This document shows positions 62,070-64,000 of a DNA stretch of 64,000 bases, in pieces. Position 1 is the first letter of the stretch. Every line of letters begins with the position of its first letter. Source of the stretch: Steroidobacterales bacterium (GTDB lineage: Bacteria; Pseudomonadota; Gammaproteobacteria; Steroidobacterales; Steroidobacteraceae). The stretch is from positions 59,360 to 123,359 of the forward strand of contig JBBQTF010000003.1 of assembly GCA_038234675.1 (NCBI GenBank), in the 5' to 3' direction. Position numbers and translations under genes: made by a program. The notes beneath the pieces are model-generated. The model saw nothing but the letters and a program-made list of their open reading frames with translations, searched no databases and had not been told where the DNA came from.

Positions 62070-62576
62070 GTGACGTCCCGTCGAATAGTGGTCAATGACC
62101 TGATGCAACAGAACTACGTCTACCTGGTGACGGAGTCTATGGGACAGAATTTCCACCCTGATTTTGGTCCTGAACTTATTCCGAAGGAGATGCTGGACCT
62201 TGGCGTGTTCGGCGGCAAATATATGACCGACTGCGCCGCGGAGTACCCTGACAATTGGTTCGTAAACGCCAAGCTGTGCCCAGAGCGTCACGACCCCGAA
62301 ATGAACTTCTTTGGCGTGAATGCCTCGCAACCGCTTTCTTCTTGGATAGCCGGGGGGTGGATATACGCCGAGGATCCGCGGGGCTGGTTTCAATGGTATT
62401 GCCGATACTTCCTTGGGCGGCGCTGTCCAGATGACGGGCGCCAGATTCAACGGTGGAAAGCCATGCGGCGTCACGCGGCCCAGGTTAAGAAACACTGCGA
62501 GCCAGCTGACTTGAACTGCCGGCGCAAGCAGAGGCAGGCGCTTCTCCACTGGGCGTATGACTCGCGCAAGATATGA
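62070..62576 (+). CDS. conserved hypothetical protein
   Basis: 168 aa with a GTG start. It has well-structured non-repetitive sequence with distinctive blocks (GVFGGKYMTDC, DPRGWFQWYCRYFLGRR, RQIQRWKAMRRH). I cannot assign a family. Confidence 0.55.
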   Translation: MTSRRIVVNDLMQQNYVYLVTESMGQNFHPDFGPELIPKEMLDLGVFGGKYMTDCAAEYPDNWFVNAKLCPERHDPEMNFFGVNASQPLSSWIAGGWIYAEDPRGWFQWYCRYFLGRRCPDDGRQIQRWKAMRRHAAQVKKHCEPADLNCRRKQRQALLHWAYDSRKI

Positions 62577-62746
62577 TCGAACGGGTGACACCGCGCATGC
62601 GCCATGTCGAACAGTCTGACCGACTCCAGCGGACCACCCGCGGCGCCGCCCGCCCGCCGAACCTGAAGTTTAGCGTCAAAGGAAGCGCACTCGACTATGC
62701 CCCCAGAAATCAATCCCCCGGGTGCCCGGGCGGCCTCATGCGAACT

Positions 62747-62753
62747 GTTAGAG
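62747..62753 (+). other. attC R'-type core GTTAGAG
   Basis: This is a GTTRRR core 10 nt upstream of the ATG at 62764. Candidate R'' boxes are ATCGAAC (62576, touching the upstream stop) and GCCGAAC (62656). Confidence 0.35.
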
Positions 62754-62763
62754 GGCGCGTCAA

Positions 62764-63258
62764 ATGACGAGAGCGCTTGTACTTGCTGCTATGGGCGTCG
62801 GCCTTGCTTGGCTTTACATGTGGGTGGTCCCGGTGGCGACGATTTACGCTGGGGCGCTGTCCGTTCCTGCTTGGTGGGGGCCGCTTTTCACTTCACGCAG
62901 TAGTGGAATACTTACTTGGCTGGTCACCGTCCACACGTTGGCAGTGCTCTTTGCATCGCTGCCGTTTGCATTAGCGATTGATTTTATTTACGGACGTGCG
63001 GGAGTGTGGGTGGCACTGGGGATAACGATCGGAGTGTACTCTCTGACGACACTGCCAAGCGCCGCTAGTTATTTCGGCACCAGTGCGCTTCGTTTAAAGG
63101 CGGTCACGCTTTTCGATGCCGTAAAGTTAATCGGCCTCCTACCCGCGCTGGTATGGGTAATTTATACGCTGCCTTCTAACTACCGCGTCGAGCGCCGGGG
63201 AAAACCTAGAATGCCAACCTCAGATGTCGGCGCCCGCGGCACTCGTGCGGAACGCTAG
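62764..63258 (+). CDS. hypothetical membrane protein (4-5 TM)
   Basis: 164-aa hydrophobic ORF with a basic C-terminal tail. No family was recognised. Confidence 0.5.
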   Translation: MTRALVLAAMGVGLAWLYMWVVPVATIYAGALSVPAWWGPLFTSRSSGILTWLVTVHTLAVLFASLPFALAIDFIYGRAGVWVALGITIGVYSLTTLPSAASYFGTSALRLKAVTLFDAVKLIGLLPALVWVIYTLPSNYRVERRGKPRMPTSDVGARGTRAER

Positions 63259-63627
63259 GCACTCGCGCGCCGGAAACGCTAGCCGTACCCTAATGAATCT
63301 TCGGAAGAAGGGATCGACCATCTACTTTGAAGTAGCCTATATCCACGCCGTGTATGATTCGCCGCGGTCCTAATGGCGTCATTTCCATGCAGAGCCGCAC
63401 TCTGTCAACCGCCCTCCGAAGTCCGAATTGTGGCGGGCGGAATTCACCGGTCCTGATGGAATCCAGCTGGCGCGTCAATGCAATAGAGCAGTTGCGGGCG
63501 CAATAACCGCACCGAGGGCGCGTATGAACGTTAAAATACCGAACTCAGCGTGAGTGCGCGCGGCGCTTATACGGAGCGGAAGGCCTCCGCTTCGCGCAGC
63601 CAAGTTGATCAACTGAGAGAGAACCTC

Positions 63628-63993
63628 ATGCCTCGCAGTATAATTCGGACTGCCGATGCTCCGCCTTCGCCTGCCACATACAGTCAGGCGGTCAAAGGCG
63701 GCGGGCTCGTCTTCGTGTCGGGCACAGGCCCCTTCGAGCTCGGCACCGGCAAGGCCAGGGGTGAAATAATTCAGGAGCAAACGCGCCGATGCCTGACCAA
63801 CACCTTCGGAATCCTTAGTGCAGCAGGAATTTCATTGGACGAAGCAGCGAGCGCAATTGTCATTTTGCTCGAAGAGGAGGACTTTTCAGGCGTGAACGAG
63901 GAGTGGGTGAAGTGGTTTCCGGCAAATCCGCCGGCGCACCAAGCTACCAAGCTACCCGTCCGGATCCCAGGCGTCCTATGCAACCTCCAATAG
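63628..63993 (+). CDS. RidA/YjgF/TdcF-family protein (reactive-intermediate deaminase fold)
   Basis: The internal Met gives MPRSIIRTADAPPSPATYSQAVKGGGLVFVSGTGP...IQEQTRRCLTN. The C-terminus (...PGVLCNLQ) looks a few residues shorter or more divergent than usual. Confidence 0.7.
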   Translation: MPRSIIRTADAPPSPATYSQAVKGGGLVFVSGTGPFELGTGKARGEIIQEQTRRCLTNTFGILSAAGISLDEAASAIVILLEEEDFSGVNEEWVKWFPANPPAHQATKLPVRIPGVLCNLQ

Positions 63994-64000
63994 TTTTCGA

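Noticed and set aside
63290-63780. Reverse-strand ORFs 63290..63478 and 63475..63780, considered as a possible divergent regulator (LysR-like) or an inverted cassette gene upstream of RidA.
   Set aside because: No HTH or other motif is recognisable. The second ORF overlaps the RidA coding region, and both are short. The 370-nt spacer 63259-63627 is left unassigned. It contains a hairpin at about 63572-63594 and weak core-like boxes ACCGAAC/GTTGATC that pair poorly.

Overview
This 64-kb window is the replication-origin-proximal core of a high-GC gammaproteobacterial chromosome. Almost all of it is recognisable housekeeping sequence. The core blocks, in order, are: yidC-yidD-rnpA-rpmH (-) facing dnaA-dnaN-recF-gyrB (+); glyQS; glnA-DUF4124-ntrBC; a pyrD/trmL/gpsA/secB/grxC/envC block; tatABC; and rsmG-parAB-atpIBEFHAGDC-glmUS. 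An accessory stretch lies between gyrB and plsC. It holds a Rieske oxygenase, a YeeE-like protein, a coupled DUF2127/hydrolase/ABC-2 operon, an SRAP gene and an RND pump. I saw no rRNA, tRNA or CRISPR array. The most interesting part is the last ~5.2 kb after the glmS stop, which is the classical attTn7 locus. It looks more A/T-rich by eye. It begins with a decayed IS110-family transposase remnant. It then carries seven short co-oriented ORFs of unrelated function. Three of these starts are immediately preceded by GTTAGAN cores. One junction folds into a textbook 78-nt attC-like structure. I read this as an integron-type gene-cassette array with no integrase in view (CALIN-like). This call is made by eye and needs covariance-model confirmation. 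Other points are two near-consensus parS sites inside recF and several frameshifted genes, all of them accessory. There is also an S9-fold protein lacking all three catalytic residues, and an orphan class-1B-like pyrD coupled to a SHOCT-PspC gene. No clear DnaA-box cluster flanks dnaA.
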